Below, piece after piece: positions 48,688 to 63,590 of a stretch of 64,000 nucleotides of DNA. This DNA is from Azolla caroliniana (taxonomy: Eukaryota; Plantae; Polypodiophyta), in NCBI GenBank assembly GCA_043228905.1, contig JBHGNT010000011.1:6944001-7008000 (forward strand), written 5' to 3'. The translations under genes were made by a program, and so were the position numbers. The notes under the pieces were generated by a model that did not search any database, was not told where the DNA came from, and worked only from the letters and a program-made list of their open reading frames with translations. Position 1 is the first letter of the stretch; each line of letters begins with the position of its first letter.

Positions 48688-51600
48688 TGTAAAGAATCGG
48701 ATATGATTCCTGTGTAGCGGAAGAGATGTGTGTTATGTGTGTATGTGTGAGAGAAAATAGATGTGAGAAGAGAAAACACAAGGTAGATTACATAGAATGG
48801 AAATAGAATACTCAAGAAGAAGAAGTTGTATATTCACGAGAATATGAAATACAAAAATATAGGATTACAAGGAGTCACAACCAACTACATATGAAGTAGG
48901 AGGAGGGTGCTTTATATAGTCACCCTCTCTCTTGATTAACTAACTACAACAACCACTCTCTTGGGGAATGTGGAGACCCATTAGTCATGGGGAATATGAA
49001 ACTCATTAGTTATGTGTCATAGAATATGATTCTATGACACATAGTTAATGTGTAGAGAGTAGTGGTGTGACTCTTGACCTTTGAGTAATCATAGATTCTC
49101 AAAAGGTGTGTTCACACGTTGCACTATGTTGAGATTGATTCTCAACATGCCCCCTCAAGCTCAACTCAGGTCGACTCCTTTCAATTGATGTCCACTTTAG
49201 TTGGTATCCGGTTTGGAAGATCTTTGGTGTCCGTTGCGGCTCGTACTCGGTTCGGACGGTATCCGGTTCTCACTTGTACTCCCCCTCAAGCTTGGAAAGT
49301 CAGGGATCGTAATCCAAGGTATGACATGAATTGCCGAAGCTTGTCAACTCCTAGGGCCTTGGTGAAGATGTTGGTTCTCTGAAGATTCGTGTTGATGTGT
49401 AGAAGATCGACATCTCCAGCTTGAACACACTCTCGAATGAAGTGGTAGTGCACTTAGATATGCTTTGTGCGTGCGTGGAACACCGGGTTCCAAGCCAGAT
49501 AAATACTACTCATGTTGTCGTAGTAATGGGGAATCGGATCCTTGATGGGAACGCCCAGATCCTTCAAAATCCTCTTGAGCCATACAGCTTCACATGCAGC
49601 TACCGCTGCGCCCCTGTATTCGGCCTCCATACTCGAAAGAGCAATAGTAGGCTACTTCTTACTACTCCAGCATATTCCTCCGCTACCGAGTGAGAAGACA
49701 AATCCAGAGGCTGATCGTCGATTGGCTTTGTAGCCGGCCTAGTTGGCATCCGTGTACCCTTCGAATCAAATTGGTGTGGCCGATGCGTAGAGAATGTCAT
49801 AATCCATTGTGCCGTTCATGTATCGTAATACTCGCTAAGCGCAATCGAAATGAATATCTCACAGAGTTTTCATGAATTGGTTAAGGAGGATGACCGGATA
49901 GTTCAAGTTGTGTCGAGTGATCGTGAGATAGATGAGGCTCCCAATCAGTTGACGATATTGAGTCGGCGCGCACTCGTCTGTGTCGGAGTCAGCATCTAGT
50001 TTGAGGTTTCGATCGAGAGGGGTTTCCACTGATTTACACTCAGTCATCCCAAACTTGTATAACAAGTTGAGGATGTAGTGTCGTTGAGAGATCATAATGT
50101 CGGTCGGAATACGAATTACTTCGATGCCTAGGAAATAATGAAGCTCCTTCATGTCCGTCATCTCAAATTTGTTGGAGAGGGATTTCACCTTGTTGATGTC
50201 GACCAAATGCTCACCTCCAATAACCTGATCATCCACGTATAGGATGATGACAATCAGGCTTCTAGAGTCGTTTCATACATAGAGGGAGTTGTCGGATTTC
50301 GACATTCGAAAGCCGATTTGATGAAGATATTGCATAATCTTCTAATGCCAAGCACGCAGTGCTTGCTTAAGGCCGTAGAGAGGCTTCTTGAGTTGGCATA
50401 CGGTGTTCGGATGAATGTTGGATTCGAAGCCAGGTAGTTGTACCATGTACACCTCCTCTTCTAATTCGCCTTGAAGAAAGGCGTTCTTTACGTCCATCTG
50501 ATGGAGGTGCCACCCTTTCGCCGTTGCGAGTGCAATTACAATCCGCACAGTCGTCATCTTTGCCACCAAGGAAAATGTCTCTTCATAGTCAACTCCATGT
50601 GTTTGTGCGTATCCTTTCGCTACGAGTCGAGCTTTGTAGCGGTTTACGGAGCCGTCGGCGTTATACTTCATGTTGTAAATCCATCGGCAATCGATCGCCT
50701 TCTTGTGCGATGAGTGGGGGAAAAGATCCCATGTCTTGTTTTTGGAGAGTACTTGCATCTCCTCATTCATCGCTTCAACCCATCTGAGGTCCTACACGAC
50801 TTCGGAAACATTTCCAGCACCGTACTGTTTTTACCTTCATCATAAAGGCGTAATGGTACGCCATATACTCATCGTAGCCGAATCGGCTTACCGGGTTCTT
50901 TTCTCAGGTGGATCGGCGGGGCTTCTCATTGGCGGATACTAAGGCTTTCTTCGCTCCATTTTTCCGGATGTCAAGGCCTTTGAACTCACTACTGAGGGAG
51001 TGAGTCGATTCGCTTTCGTCGAAGTGATCGTCTTTATACTCCGGCATTTTCGCCTTCCCCTTGTCCAGCTTCGGACTCGGCAAAGATTTTCTTTAATCGC
51101 TTGGAGGCTGTTGCGGCCCACTAAGCCTTGTCATAATCATGCTTGCTTCGAACATGCGCATGAGTCGATCTTCGGCTTCTATCTCTATTTCAGCGTATTC
51201 TGGGTCGAGTAGAATCAGAGTCAAATTGCCTCTAGTGCATACCAGGATGCGGACTTATCGAAAACGACGTCTCAACTGACTCAAGCTTTTCAAGTCAAGG
51301 GGTTATAGCACTTGTACCCCTTTTGCTCTAGTGAGTATCCTAAGAGGATACATTTCTCCGACTTCGGGTCGAGCTTTTGTCGTTTCTCTTCGGGGATCTT
51401 CACGTATGCAATGGAGCTGAATATCCAAACCTGTGATAGATCCAACTTCTTCCCGAAAAACTTCTCATGCGGAGTAAGTTCGTGCACACCCGATGTCGTA
51501 CACCGATTCATGAGGTATACATCCGTGTTAGCCACTTTTGCCCAATACGATTTCGGTAGATTCTTTTTGTTCATCATTGTCCGTGCAACTTCGAGTATGT

Positions 51601-53277
51601 GCCGATTCTTTCGTTCATCTACTCCGTTCTGTTGTGGCGTATGTCAACACGAAAACTCTCCCTGAATTCCTTCTTTCCGTAGAAAAGCCAAACATTTGTC
51701 AAAGAAGTACTCCTTTCCTCCATCCGATTGAAGACATCATACATGCCGGCCTGTGGCTTTCTCGACTTCATTCTTAAATTTTTAGAAGTTTCCAAACACT
51801 TCGCTCTTTTGTCGCATGGGGTAGATCTAGGTGTGCTTGGAGAAGTCGTCGATGAAGGGCACATAGTATCGACATCCGCCAAATGTGGTTGTTTGGGCCA
51901 GTCCCCATACATCGGAATGAATTACGTCGAGTATGCCTTTGCTTACATTCCTCTCCTTCAGAAATGAGTGCCGATGTTGCTTGCCAAATTGGCAGGCGAC
52001 ACACATGCCTTCAATCTTTTTCTCTTTGAATGTCAGGAGCCCGATGACGACTCCTTTCAATTGCATCGCCTTGAGCTTTTGAAGATTGATATGGCCAATC
52101 CGTTTATGCCTTTTGTAAAAATCGGCTTTCATGCCTTTTGTAAACATGGCCAATTTCATCTCGTGTGAGTCGAGAATGAACATTCGGCCCTCTCTTCGTC
52201 CGCGCGCGATGAGTGGGTCCTTTTTTTCAATGAAGCAACTGCTTTTATTAAATCGTACTTGCATCCCTTGCTCAACAATTTGGCCGACGGAGACCAAATT
52301 CTTCGTAATGGTTGGTACATGCAAGACATTCTTAAAAAAAGTTTGGTTACCTTCTTTGCCGAATGGGACATTGCCGATGTGTCGAATCGGATGCGTAGTG
52401 TCATCTCCGGTTTCAACATAGTTGGGTCAGTCCGGCTCTCAAAGTTCTCATAACCATTCTTAATGAGACTTCATATGGTTCGAGGCACCAGAGACGACGA
52501 ACCATACGTCTCCGGACTAGATGCGCTATTCGAAGTAGAAGCCGACATAGAATTTGTTGTATGTCTCATCACGAACATTCTCCCATGATCGTCATAGTCA
52601 GACTTGGTGGCGTAATTGGTGAATTGTCGGCTTGTAGAAGCCGACTCGCGTATCTTCTTACAGAACTCTTCTTCGTGGTGACCGATTTTTCCACAATATC
52701 CGCATTCGACCGAGTTTTGTCGGCTCAGACCGAAATGGAAGCTCCCCCTTCTTCTGAAGGTTCCTCAAGGCTTCCGTCTTGATGCCGAAATTGCGAGTTG
52801 TTTTCGTAAGTTGGGCCTCGTCCTTGGCCTAATTGGCCTCTTCTTGCACGGCCGCATCATCTTCCTCTATCCGAGTGTGAGTAAAGCATGTGGCCTTCCG
52901 AGGCATTGGTCCTTCTTCGAACATGGTTTTCTTCAACCAACAACATCGATTGAAGATCGAAGAAGGAGGTCGGATTCTCCCGTGCTAGTATGGCGGGTCC
53001 TCATCACGCCGAACCGTGGTGCAAGGTCACCGAGGCATATTTGCACCATCTCATCATCATCCACATCGACGCTTATCGAGCCGAGCGAGTCACAAAGCTC
53101 CTTGATCTTCAAGGTGTAGCTCGTGATGGACATATCTCTTTGTTGGATGTTGTTCAACTCTTGACGGAGTTGAAGCTTTCTCGCGATTGTGTTGGCGGCG
53201 AAAATCTTTCGTAGATTCTCCTACGCATTGGCATCTCGGCTTCTCGAATGTAGCCGAGCATGTGGTCGTGAACACAT
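48688..53277 (-). mobile_element. Degenerate Ty1/copia element C (3' LTR 48688-49147; pol and part of gag), cut by copia D
   Basis: [11 protein letters not shown]; KLDPKSEKC; HVPTITKNLVS; PPT TTGAGGGGGCA. Confidence 0.9.
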
Positions 53278-56200
53278 TGTTGGGAAATCGGTCCCTCTAG
53301 ATGGGACCCGGTGATGAATGGAGAGGACCCGGTGAGAACCAGAAGAGATCCGGAAACCGGAGGAGACCCGGTGAGAATCGGAAGAGAGACATATTTGTAA
53401 ATATGTCTTGAGCAAGCCTATTGAGACTATATTTGTAAATAGCCCTAATTTCATATCAGTATAAACATGACGTAGGGCGATCACTTTATGTAGCTGGTGG
53501 TTAAAGATCTTTGGTTGCCGGTTCAATTCAGGGACAAGAGACCAGATAAGATCAATGCCTCGACATGGGAGGTGATGCACATGAAGACGACAACATACAT
53601 CCAGTGCTTCATCGACATGAGCCTGTACAACAACTTCAATGAAGAAAGTAAGGCTCATGAACTCTAGGAGAAGATCGGCATCATGTTCTAGAACAAGAAT
53701 GTTGTTAATCGGGTTTCGATATTCCGGAAGCTAGTGAGGCTCCGGTACCAAGACGGCTCCAGTATGGTGGAGCACGTGAATGCCTTCCAGGGGCACATGA
53801 AGCAACCTCGTTGGATGTACCTCTCGCCGATGAGGTACTCGCATTGCTCATGCTCGGTTACCTCCCAGATAGCTAGGAGACGTTAGTTGTCACGTTGGGC
53901 AATCTCGTGCCAGAAGGAAAACAGTTGTTTCTAGCAAGGGTAAAATCAAGCTTGCTAGATGAAGAAGCTCGTCGGAAGGATCGGGAGTCCGGAACCGATC
54001 CGAAGGCCTTGGTCACGGAAGATGACCAGAACTAGGGAAGAGGCCGGTATCGGAGTCCCCAAAACCGGGACAAATCGGGGACGGGGTCGAAGTCAAGGGG
54101 GAGGCCCACGTGCTTCTATTGTGGGAAGCCGGGACACTTCCAAAAGAACTACCGGAATTTCTGGAAGGAGAAAGAAACCGGCACTACCGATTCGAAGAAG
54201 AGTTCGGACCGAAACGGTTCGGACCGGAGAGGCCCGAATCGGAAGGGAATGTCGGCAATCGCGACAAGTGAAGAAGAACAGATGCTCCTTATTGAAGAGA
54301 ATGAGGTAAACCTTGTCGGCGACGAGACAACGTAGGCTATCAATTCCGGAGCGTCGTTCCACCTGACACCGAATCAGAAATGCTTCTCATCCTACACAAC
54401 AAATAAACGGGATATGAAGATTTGATTGGAAACCACATGACATAATTTTGGATTCATAGAGATGTTACATCATGGTTGTGTTCGGATGGGGAATGAAGGT
54501 ACATGCCGAATTGTCGGCATGGGAGATGTGTTGTTGACGACAGCAACCGGATGCAAGTTGTTGTTGAAGGATGTCTGACACGCTCCAAATGTTTGACTGA
54601 ACCTGATATCAGCCGATCAGTTAGATGATGAAGGCTACACGGGTAGCATCCGGAACGGAGTCATGAAGTTCTGCAAAGGGAGCCTAATAGTGGCTCGAGC
54701 CTAGAAGGTCAATACACTGTACTTGATGAATGCTCGTATATGTCGGGAAGAAGTGAACGTAGCATCCCACACTGTTGGTAAGCTGTGGCACAAAAGATTG
54801 TCACATGAGTGAGAAGGGGATGAAGAGGCTTGTCGAAGAGAATCTTATTCCGGTGAAGGACGTGCAACTTGAGAAGTGCACCGATTGCCTGGCCGGCAAG
54901 CAAAACCGAACCTCCTTCCGGTCAAGACCACCAATGAGACAGAATGCACCACTGGAGCTGGTGCATACCGATGTGTGTCAAGTGGACACAAAGTCATATG
55001 CTGGATCGCAGTACTTCGTGACGTTCATAGATTACCACAGCCGGAAGATGTGGGTCTCACCACTGAACACAAAGGATCAGGTGTTATCCATCTTCAAGGA
55101 GCTCCACGCAAGAGTGGAAAGAGAAACCGGCCGGAAGCTGAAAGCGGTTCGAGCATATAACAGAGGAGAATACCAGGGGAAATTCGAGGAATATTCCCGA
55201 TCGAAGGGAATCTGGCTCAAGTTTACTGTGTCGAAGACGCCGAAACTAAACGGGTTGGCCGAAAGGATGAACTGGACCATAATGGAGAGAGTCTGGAGCA
55301 TGCTAGCACATGTAAAGTTACCCAAGACGTTTTGGGTTGAGGCGCTGACGAGGACGACCTATGTGATAAATAGATCACCCTCAACACCCTTGGAAGGAGA
55401 TTGACCTCAGAAAGTATGGACCGGATTTAAAGATGTATCTTACCGGTGTCGTGATGTGGCATGTCTAGTGCGAGAAAAACTCAAAAATTGAGGATCCACA
55501 CACATTTCACGAATACTTGTAAAAATGAAAATAAATAAACCTAGGTCACAATGGCATTGAGTGCATGTAGAGGGTTGCAAGTAGGATTTGAACCTTGCAC
55601 CTCTAAGGTAAGAGGCAATTACCTTACCACTAAAGCTACTACTAAGTGTTGTAGATGTTCTATATTTCTTTCTCATATTCAGTATTCCGTAGGAAACAAA
55701 CGAACAAAACCGTGTACACAAAACCACGGTTTTAAGCCCATGGTTTCCTGCATGTCACAAAGCAAAACGGTGTGCACAAAAACCATGGCTCCAAGCCCAT
55801 GGTTTTGTGCATGGACAAACCTATAAAACCCCTAGTACGACTTGTGTAAGGGGGGCCTCAATATGATATGACCATCATCATCACCATCAATAATATAAGC
55901 TTCTATTTCTTCTTCTTTGCATCTATCTTGTAATTATTTATCTACTTCTCAAAGTGTACAATCTTCAATCTTCTCAAGTGTAATAGGTCTTCCTCCAATC
56001 TTACATTCACATCGTCCTCTTCTCAATACCTTGACGGACATCCTCCTTGGTCCAAGACCCCGGTGGTCCCGCTCAAGCGAAGCACGCTCGCACGCGCATC
56101 TTCGCGACACCGGCATCTGAAGGTGTTCAGGTGTCTCGCATATGTGCATGTTGCAAAGGACAAGAGAGCAAAGTTGGATCCGAAGTCCAAGCCATGCATA

Positions 56201-57401
56201 TTCCTTGGATACGGAGATGATGAGTTCGGTTACTGGGTGTGGGATGTGGTCGACAAAAAGGTGTTCCGATGTTCCAGAGTCGGAACAAACAAAGGAACCG
56301 GCTGTCAGAAACCAAGGACGGAGATATCCCCTCCGAGAGAGAAGAGCCACTCGGAGATTTCCGGATGCAGAGCATGTGTTGCTAACCGATGAGGGGGAGC
56401 CGGAAATTCGAAGAAGCAAAGAGAGACACCCACATCCGCAAGTGGTTGAGTGCCATGTAGGATGAGATGGATTCCTTGCATGAGAACCTCATATATGAAC
56501 TGATGGAGTTGCCAAAAGGAAGAGAGCACTCCAGAACAAGTGGGTGTACAAGTTGAAATCGGGAGATGTCAGTATAAGGCCTGAATCGTGGTGAAGGGCT
56601 TCCAACAAAAGAAAGGAGTGGTCTTCGATGAGATCTTTGCCCCGGTAGTAAAGATGACTTCCATCCGAACGGTATTGGGCGTAACGGCAAGCATGGACCT
56701 CGAGGTAGAGAAACAGGACGTCAAGACGGCATTCCTACATGGCGACCTCCAAGAAGAGATCTACATGCATCAACCGGAAGGATTTGAGAGGAAAGGGAAG
56801 GAGCACCTGGTGTGCCGGCTACAGAAGAGCCTATACGGATTGAAGCAAGCTCCCCGGCAATGGTACCGGAAGTTCGACTCCTTCATGACCGACCAAGGGT
56901 ACCACAAGACGCAGGCCGATCACTGCGTGTTTGTGAAGAAATTTGATGAAGGAAATTTCCTGATACTCCTCTTTGTGGATGACATGTTGATCGTCGGACG
57001 AGACGAAGGCAAGATTCGGATGTTGAAGACGGCCCTGAACCGGACCTTCTCAATGAAAGACTTGGGGCCGGCAAGACAGATATTGGGAATGCACATCGTC
57101 CGGGACCGGTCGAAGAATTTGTTGTGGTTGTCACAGGAGAAGTACGTGACAAAGGTGCTTCAACGGTTCAACATGCCGGATGTGAAACCGGTCGGATCGA
57201 CACTTCCGGCAAACTGCAAGCTGTCCGGAAAACAAATTCCAAGGACAAAGGCGGAGAAGAAGGATATGATGAAGATACCATATACCTCTACCGTCGGAAG
57301 CTTGATGTACGTGATGGTATGTACCCGACCGGATATCGGATATTCAATCGGAGTAGTGAGCCAGTTCATGAGCAATCTCTGAAGAGAGCACTAGAACGCG
57401 G
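53278..57401 (+). mobile_element. Degenerate Tnt1/Tork-like copia D; partial 5' LTR fused to gag by deletion, interrupted at 57402
   Basis: TGTTGGG LTR start related to the LTR at 1214-1956; CTDCLAGKQ; LFVDDMLI; CTRPDI. Confidence 0.9.
55447..56109 (+). mobile_element. Solo LTR with 4-bp TSD CCGG, inserted in the copia D integrase
   Basis: TGTCG...CGACA termini; host reads SYR|HLK after removal; TATA at ~55822. Confidence 0.9.
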
Positions 57402-57890
57402 TGTCGTGGTGTTAAGAGTCTATTACTAATCAATAGACCAAATCAAGTAAAAAGGAAGAAAATAGATTGGATAGAAGAACCCGTTCCACCCGACCACCCC
57501 CGAGCTATGATCTAGACATAGCCAACCTACCACCGACGTCCCATACCGCCGGATATTAGGATGACTAATACCTTGGAAGAGATAAACACGATCGTCGAGA
57601 CGAAAGCCTAGCCCGCACCACCGGTGTCTACGACAGCAGCCTTCCGACGTGATGATTCCTATGAGGGTAGCTAAGCCTCATATTTATACCTTTTCCTAGG
57701 CCCCTTGAATAGATGTGCCTTTCTAAAAGGCTCTCTATTCATTGGTTGTCTAAATCATGATAGTGCATGCACATATCATTCATTCTATCCAATCATTAGT
57801 CCCCTTTTTAATAATAGTGAACATACCCTTCACTAATGTAAATATTAGTGACCTACCCTCACCAACGTTATGTGTACATAACATATTCCC

Positions 57891-60800
57891 CTACTTCAAA
57901 AGATTGCACTCTTGCAATATAAAGTGAGGAAATTGTGCCTTAAGTGAATGCTCGCGTTCCCATGTGGCATCATCAATAGGTTTATCCATCCATTTGATCT
58001 TGAATAGCCGAATCTCTTTAGAACGTAAACGTTTAGTACGAGAATCAAGAATTCGTTCAGGGACATGAGGTTTGTAAGAAAAATCCTCTAATGTTACAAG
58101 ATCTTGGATTGTGATGGTGTTATCACCAGAGCCTAAAAATGGTTTTAGACGACTGACGTGAAAAACAGGATGAATACCAACGTTACGAGGTAAGGCAAGG
58201 TGATAAGCAGATGACCCAACTCGCTTAAGGATTTCAAATGGGCCACAATATCGTGGGGCTAACTTAGCACACTTGCCCGTAGATAATGACGTAGAATCAG
58301 TCGGGACACGCAAAAAAACTTTTTGACCAATAGTAAATGCACGAGGACGAGCACGATCTTGAGCTGTCTTGACATTTTCTTTGGCAATATGCAACATTTG
58401 GTTCATGTCTTGCAAAAAATTGCGTGTACTATCTAATGTATCATGATGAATCGTGACATCAACTGGGGCACGTGGCTGAAAACCATACATCAACATAAAA
58501 GGACTATATCCAGTGGATGTATGTTTAGAGCTATTATAGGCAAATTCTAAGATAGGAAGGTATTGCTCCCACTTAGAAGGGGTTTTTGCTACATAAGCTC
58601 GAAGCATGTCCTCAATAATTTGATTAACTCGTTCAGTTTGTCCATCAGACTGAGGATGATCTGCGGAACTCATGCTCAACGTAGTTTCTAGTTTCTTAAA
58701 GACCTGAGTCCAAAAGTCACTAGTAAACTTGGAATCTCGATCACTAACAATATCCATCGGTAATCCATAAAAACGAAATAACTCATCAACAAATTGATAA
58801 GCCAACAGTTGAGCGGTTACCGTGGTTTTTGTAGGAATAAATCTAGCTAATTTTGTTAGCCTGTCAACGACAACCCATATGGCATCATGACCCCTCTGTG
58901 TACGAGGTAAACTAACAATAAAATCCATCGAGATACTTTCCCATTTATTGTTGGGAATATCTAAGGGATGTAAAAGACCAGCAGCTTTAAGTCGTTCCGA
59001 CTTATTAATCTGACATTGTAAGCATTGAGTTACGTATTTATGCACGTCAGAGCGCATCTTAGGCCAGAAAAAAGTACACGAGATGAGAACGAGTGTGCGT
59101 TGTATTCCAGGATGACCAGCAGATGGTGCATCATGACATTCATGAAAAAATTTCTGTTTAACATTTGGTAAATCTGGAACACAGACCTTTCCACTACGGT
59201 AGAGCAAACCGTTTGTAATGTGAAAGGTCGCCTTCGAGGGTAGGGTGCTAGTATCGGCATCTAAACCAGATTCGGCTTTCGTCCAGTATTTTGAGAAATA
59301 ACTGTCATCAAGGTATTTCCCTCGAAGGTGATCTAAAAGATCAGATTTTATTTCCGTGAAGCTAAGCATGTTAACTTCTTTAATGCGACTAAGAGCATCA
59401 GCAACGGTGTTCATAGAACCCTTGCGATATCGTATGGAAAAATCAAAATCTTGCATAAGGTCAGCCCAACGGCCTTTACGACCAACAAGATCGGGCTGGT
59501 CACAAAAATACTTTAATGATTGATGGTCTGTTGTAACCACAAATTTATTTCCATAGAGATAGTGCCTCCATGTTTTAAGTGCGTGTATCACCGCAAACAA
59601 CTCTTTCTCTTGAACCGAATACCGAGATTGAGCAGCATCAAGCTTCTTACTTTCAAAAGCAATCGGGTGACCACCTTGATAAAGAACGGCACCAATAGCA
59701 TAATCACTAGCATCGGTTTCAATTGAGAAAGGCTTAGAAGGGTCTGGTAATAGAAGAGTGGGAGCCTGACACACATGCTCCTTGAGTGTCTCAAATGATT
59801 TGTCAAGTTGTTCATTCCATGAAATTGGTTTGACAGACTTACGTGGATGACCTTTTAAAAGGTCAGTTAATGGCGTCGTCAATTTGGAATAGTTACGAAT
59901 TGATTTTCGTAAAAATCCAACAAACCCTAAGAATGATCTAAGTTCACGAATATTACGAGGAATGGGCCAAAGTTTAACCTTTTCAATACGAGAAGGTTCA
60001 ATTTCAACGCCATTTTCTGTAATTAAATGACCTAGGTACACAATAGATTTTTGGAAGAAGTCACATTTTGAATGTTTTGCATAGAAAGAGTTGTCACGCA
60101 ACTTTCGCAAAACAAATCGAACATGTTGAACATGATCTTGCAAGGTACGGCTATATATCAAAATATCATCCAAGAAGACGACAACAAAATCACCGAGTTG
60201 ATCTCGGAAAACATCATTCATCGCTTGTTGGAATGTGGCTGGAGCATTAGTCAACCCAAATGGCATGACTAAAAACTCATAATGGCCATAGCGCGTACGA
60301 AAAGCGGTTTTAGGAATATCATCCTCGGCGATGCGAATCTGATGATAACCAGTTCGTAAGTCAATTTTCGTAAAATATCGAGCCCCGTGCAAACGATCAA
60401 TCAAATCATCGGCACGAGGTAATGGATATGCATTCTTAATTGTCATTTTATTCAAACGGCGATAATTGATACACATTCGCCACGAACCTTCCTTCTTCTT
60501 GACTAATAGAACTGGCGCACCCCAAGGTGATTTACTATACCTAATGTGGCCCATACTCAAGTATTCCTTAAGTTGTTTAGCGATCTCATCCTCTTCTAAT
60601 CGACTAAGTCGGTAAGGTGGAATGCTCACAGGAGCAGCCCCAGGGATGAGTTCAATTTGATGGTCCACATTACGTTTAGGTGGTAAAGTAAGCGGTAATT
60701 CAGTAGGAAATACATCTTGAAAATCCTCTAAAATAGAGTCGAGTAATCGTTGCTCAAAATGTGGTAATTGTGTGGCGTCAATATTAAAATAATAAAATTG

Positions 60801-62258
60801 AACCGCAGGATCAATTACACATGAATAAATTAATGAACTAGAATACTCACTTAAAGATTTAGAAGACACGAGTGAATGAGAAGGAAGTTTGGAACATTGA
60901 ATAAAATGTTTACAATTATTAAGTTCAAATGTGATTGAGTGATTAACCCAATCAATGGACAAAGAAGGGTTTTTATTAAAAAACCAAGGATATCCTAAAA
61001 TGACATCTGCGGATTGTAATTTCATAACATGAAAGTCAAGCTTCTCCAAATAAGTATCTATTTGAATTGGCAGTTGACAAACAATGCCACTGATGTATTG
61101 AACGTTTCCATTTGCCATGTGAACTTGATAGATATGATCACTTGCGTTTATGTGGAGCTCCATTTGCTGCACAAAGTGATCATTAAGAAAATTGTGAGAA
61201 CTACCGGAATCAAACAAGAAATGTGCTTGTGTTCCATTGATATATCCGACTGCTCGGAGTAAATCATTAGGTCCAAGTAAATGTGAAGGAAAAGTGCATT
61301 CACATAAACTTAAGTGATTGGTATGAACTTCAACAATATCAAAAGACTCACCTGTGTGACTCGTAGATTTGTCTTGAGGAGGGGTGTTCATTGACTTCCT
61401 CTCAAGACGACGACAGGTATCCTTTGTGTGGCCCCGCTTCTTGCAATATGCACAGAAGAGGTTCGGTTTCTTTGAGTCGCGGTCAAGAGTGTCACTGGAT
61501 TGCTTACGTTTCCCAATGAACTTGACATTCGGAGTTTTGGCGAACTCAGGTTTATTGTGGTCTTTCTTGGAAGTCCTATGGTATCGCAGCACAATGTTGA
61601 CGGCTTCCTCGAAAGTTGTGGGGTCCTTGTCATGGACAATCCAATGATAATCCCCATTGGGAATACCATTCAAAAAACAAGCGACAAACCATTTCTCACC
61701 CGTAAGTCCCGATTTTTGGATCTGGGTCCGAGCGTGATGCACATAATCCTCGAGAGAGGTAAATGGCTTACTAGACAATGTGAGCAAGTGTTGCGCTTGT
61801 TCGGTTTGAGAAGGTGGCTGCAAGAATTGTTTCTTAAAAACATCAACGAAACCTTCCCAAGTTGTGGGTAAGTTTTTTGCGGTCCTTAGGCCACGCCACC
61901 AAGCAGCAGCTCGGCCACCTAACTCACGACCGACATAACCAATTTTTACTGCATCGGGCTTGGGATGAAGCTCAAAGTGAGACTCCCAACGACCAAGCCA
62001 AGTGCTAATGGCCTCCTCGGTTCTTTCTTTCTTATCTCCCTTGAAAGGCGTGACTACGAAGGAAGGTTCACCTTCTTTCTTGGACTCAATAGTTAATTCT
62101 TGGAATTTCTTTTCCAATGCCATATTGGCCTGTCTCATTTCGGCCAATTGATTCAAGGTAGTAGTGAGCAATTGCTCAATAGTGATCTCAGCTTGTGTGC
62201 GAGATGCGGATTGGGGTTGAGAGGTCTCATTTGGAGAGATCGTTCCAACTGCGTTCAA
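57891..62258 (-). CDS. Gag-PR-RT-RH-INT-chromodomain polyprotein (1455 aa open; probable true ATG at 62270 is followed by TAA)
   Basis: [14 protein letters not shown]; LFDSGS; FLDD; ETDASD; SDRD...QTER; PERILDSR...KW...ATWE. Confidence 0.95.
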   Translation of the reverse strand: MNAVGTISPNETSQPQSASRTQAEITIEQLLTTTLNQLAEMRQANMALEKKFQELTIESKKEGEPSFVVTPFKGDKKERTEEAISTWLGRWESHFELHPKPDAVKIGYVGRELGGRAAAWWRGLRTAKNLPTTWEGFVDVFKKQFLQPPSQTEQAQHLLTLSSKPFTSLEDYVHHARTQIQKSGLTGEKWFVACFLNGIPNGDYHWIVHDKDPTTFEEAVNIVLRYHRTSKKDHNKPEFAKTPNVKFIGKRKQSSDTLDRDSKKPNLFCAYCKKRGHTKDTCRRLERKSMNTPPQDKSTSHTGESFDIVEVHTNHLSLCECTFPSHLLGPNDLLRAVGYINGTQAHFLFDSGSSHNFLNDHFVQQMELHINASDHIYQVHMANGNVQYISGIVCQLPIQIDTYLEKLDFHVMKLQSADVILGYPWFFNKNPSLSIDWVNHSITFELNNCKHFIQCSKLPSHSLVSSKSLSEYSSSLIYSCVIDPAVQFYYFNIDATQLPHFEQRLLDSILEDFQDVFPTELPLTLPPKRNVDHQIELIPGAAPVSIPPYRLSRLEEDEIAKQLKEYLSMGHIRYSKSPWGAPVLLVKKKEGSWRMCINYRRLNKMTIKNAYPLPRADDLIDRLHGARYFTKIDLRTGYHQIRIAEDDIPKTAFRTRYGHYEFLVMPFGLTNAPATFQQAMNDVFRDQLGDFVVVFLDDILIYSRTLQDHVQHVRFVLRKLRDNSFYAKHSKCDFFQKSIVYLGHLITENGVEIEPSRIEKVKLWPIPRNIRELRSFLGFVGFLRKSIRNYSKLTTPLTDLLKGHPRKSVKPISWNEQLDKSFETLKEHVCQAPTLLLPDPSKPFSIETDASDYAIGAVLYQGGHPIAFESKKLDAAQSRYSVQEKELFAVIHALKTWRHYLYGNKFVVTTDHQSLKYFCDQPDLVGRKGRWADLMQDFDFSIRYRKGSMNTVADALSRIKEVNMLSFTEIKSDLLDHLRGKYLDDSYFSKYWTKAESGLDADTSTLPSKATFHITNGLLYRSGKVCVPDLPNVKQKFFHECHDAPSAGHPGIQRTLVLISCTFFWPKMRSDVHKYVTQCLQCQINKSERLKAAGLLHPLDIPNNKWESISMDFIVSLPRTQRGHDAIWVVVDRLTKLARFIPTKTTVTAQLLAYQFVDELFRFYGLPMDIVSDRDSKFTSDFWTQVFKKLETTLSMSSADHPQSDGQTERVNQIIEDMLRAYVAKTPSKWEQYLPILEFAYNSSKHTSTGYSPFMLMYGFQPRAPVDVTIHHDTLDSTRNFLQDMNQMLHIAKENVKTAQDRARPRAFTIGQKVFLRVPTDSTSLSTGKCAKLAPRYCGPFEILKRVGSSAYHLALPRNVGIHPVFHVSRLKPFLGSGDNTITIQDLVTLEDFSYKPHVPERILDSRTKRLRSKEIRLFKIKWMDKPIDDATWEREHSLKAQFPHFILQECNLLK

Positions 62259-63254
62259 AACTTATTCCATGATGCACGCTGTGGGTATGCAATAAAATAA
62301 GGAGGTTCAGAAAATACACAAGCAAAATGAATGCTTGAAATTTTGATTGAAAGAACTTTATCCAAGAAAGTATCTCATGTCTTTACCCCTCTAGACATAT
62401 GAGATGTGATTCGAGATCCGATAACTATGGTAACACTATGGTGTTTTAAAAACCATGGGGGAAAACATAGCTAAGATGTATTTCTCGGATCTCTATCTTG
62501 AGTAATCATGGCGGCTCCACGAGGCTCAACCATGGTTCTTACATCAATGAAATTTCCTAGATAGCCTTATATTAATGCCAACCCATCATGTATTATATGG
62601 TCGAGAAAGTGTATTACGTGAAAAAACAAGTGCACTCACAAGTAATATTCTAGTCTTGCGAGCAATAAGCAAACGTGATGATAAAATGATAAAATAAGGC
62701 ACTACTCATAAGAGTTAAGTAGTGACGAAAACAAGGGTAAAAAAAAAGAACCCATGTGTTACCTACGAAAAAAACAATGTCACAAATAAATGGGAAGTGC
62801 AAGGTATGCACATATACATCCCAATATGATTGTTATAACTTGCACAATTGTGACATAAGCCACAAATTGATACAAGTGATGACGGTGTTGTGCGCAAAGA
62901 TGTAATACTCAAATCCATGAGTAAAACATCAATAAGGGAACTCATATGGTTTTACTCATTTTCTAAGGCTTGATGATAAGAGTTAAACCTAGATGACCCG
63001 TTGAAAAAAAAAATCGTTCAACAAGCCACTCCATACGAAAAAATAGTCTACACGTAAAGGTTACATTAAAAATAAACGATGTAAATACTTTATACATGAA
63101 AAGGAAGTGGAAAAAGGAGAGTTAATTGTGGGCGGGTAAATAATAATTACTAGAAAATCATATAAGTGAAACAATACTATAAAATTAAAATTTAATTAGA
63201 ATAATCAACAATTAGGTGTATGGAATCAAACATGCCCTAAGATACGAAACCCTA

Positions 63255-63590
63255 GGGTAGTTGACATGCACCTCCTCAAGACCACCACATATCCCTAGAA
63301 TCGGCCAAGTAATGGCTAATTAAAGCGGAAAGTGGCATAGGTAAGTGACATATACCTCGTCAAGGCCACATCATCCCTTAGAATCGGCCAATTGATGGCT
63401 AATTAAAAAGGAAAGTGGCATATGTAAGCTATATATACCTTGTCAAGGCCACAACATCCCATAGAATCGGCCAATTGATGGCTTAATAGAGAGTAGAGTG
63501 GCATAGGTAGGCAACATACACCTCGTCAAGGCCACATCATCCCTTAGAATCGGCCAAGTGATGGCTCAATAGAGGGGAAGAGTGGTATAC
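63255..63590. repeat. ~83-bp tandem repeat x4 in the chromovirus leader
   Basis: AGAATCGGCC recurs at ~63297, 63381, 63462 and 63546. Confidence 0.85.

Noticed and set aside
54400-54469. ~70-bp foreign segment ending in TGTTACA inside copia D
   Set aside because: Probably the residual end of another LTR after deletion; too short to classify.
63255-63590. Repeat-spacer-like array
   Set aside because: The inter-motif segments are homologous to each other, so this is a simple tandem repeat in a retroelement leader.
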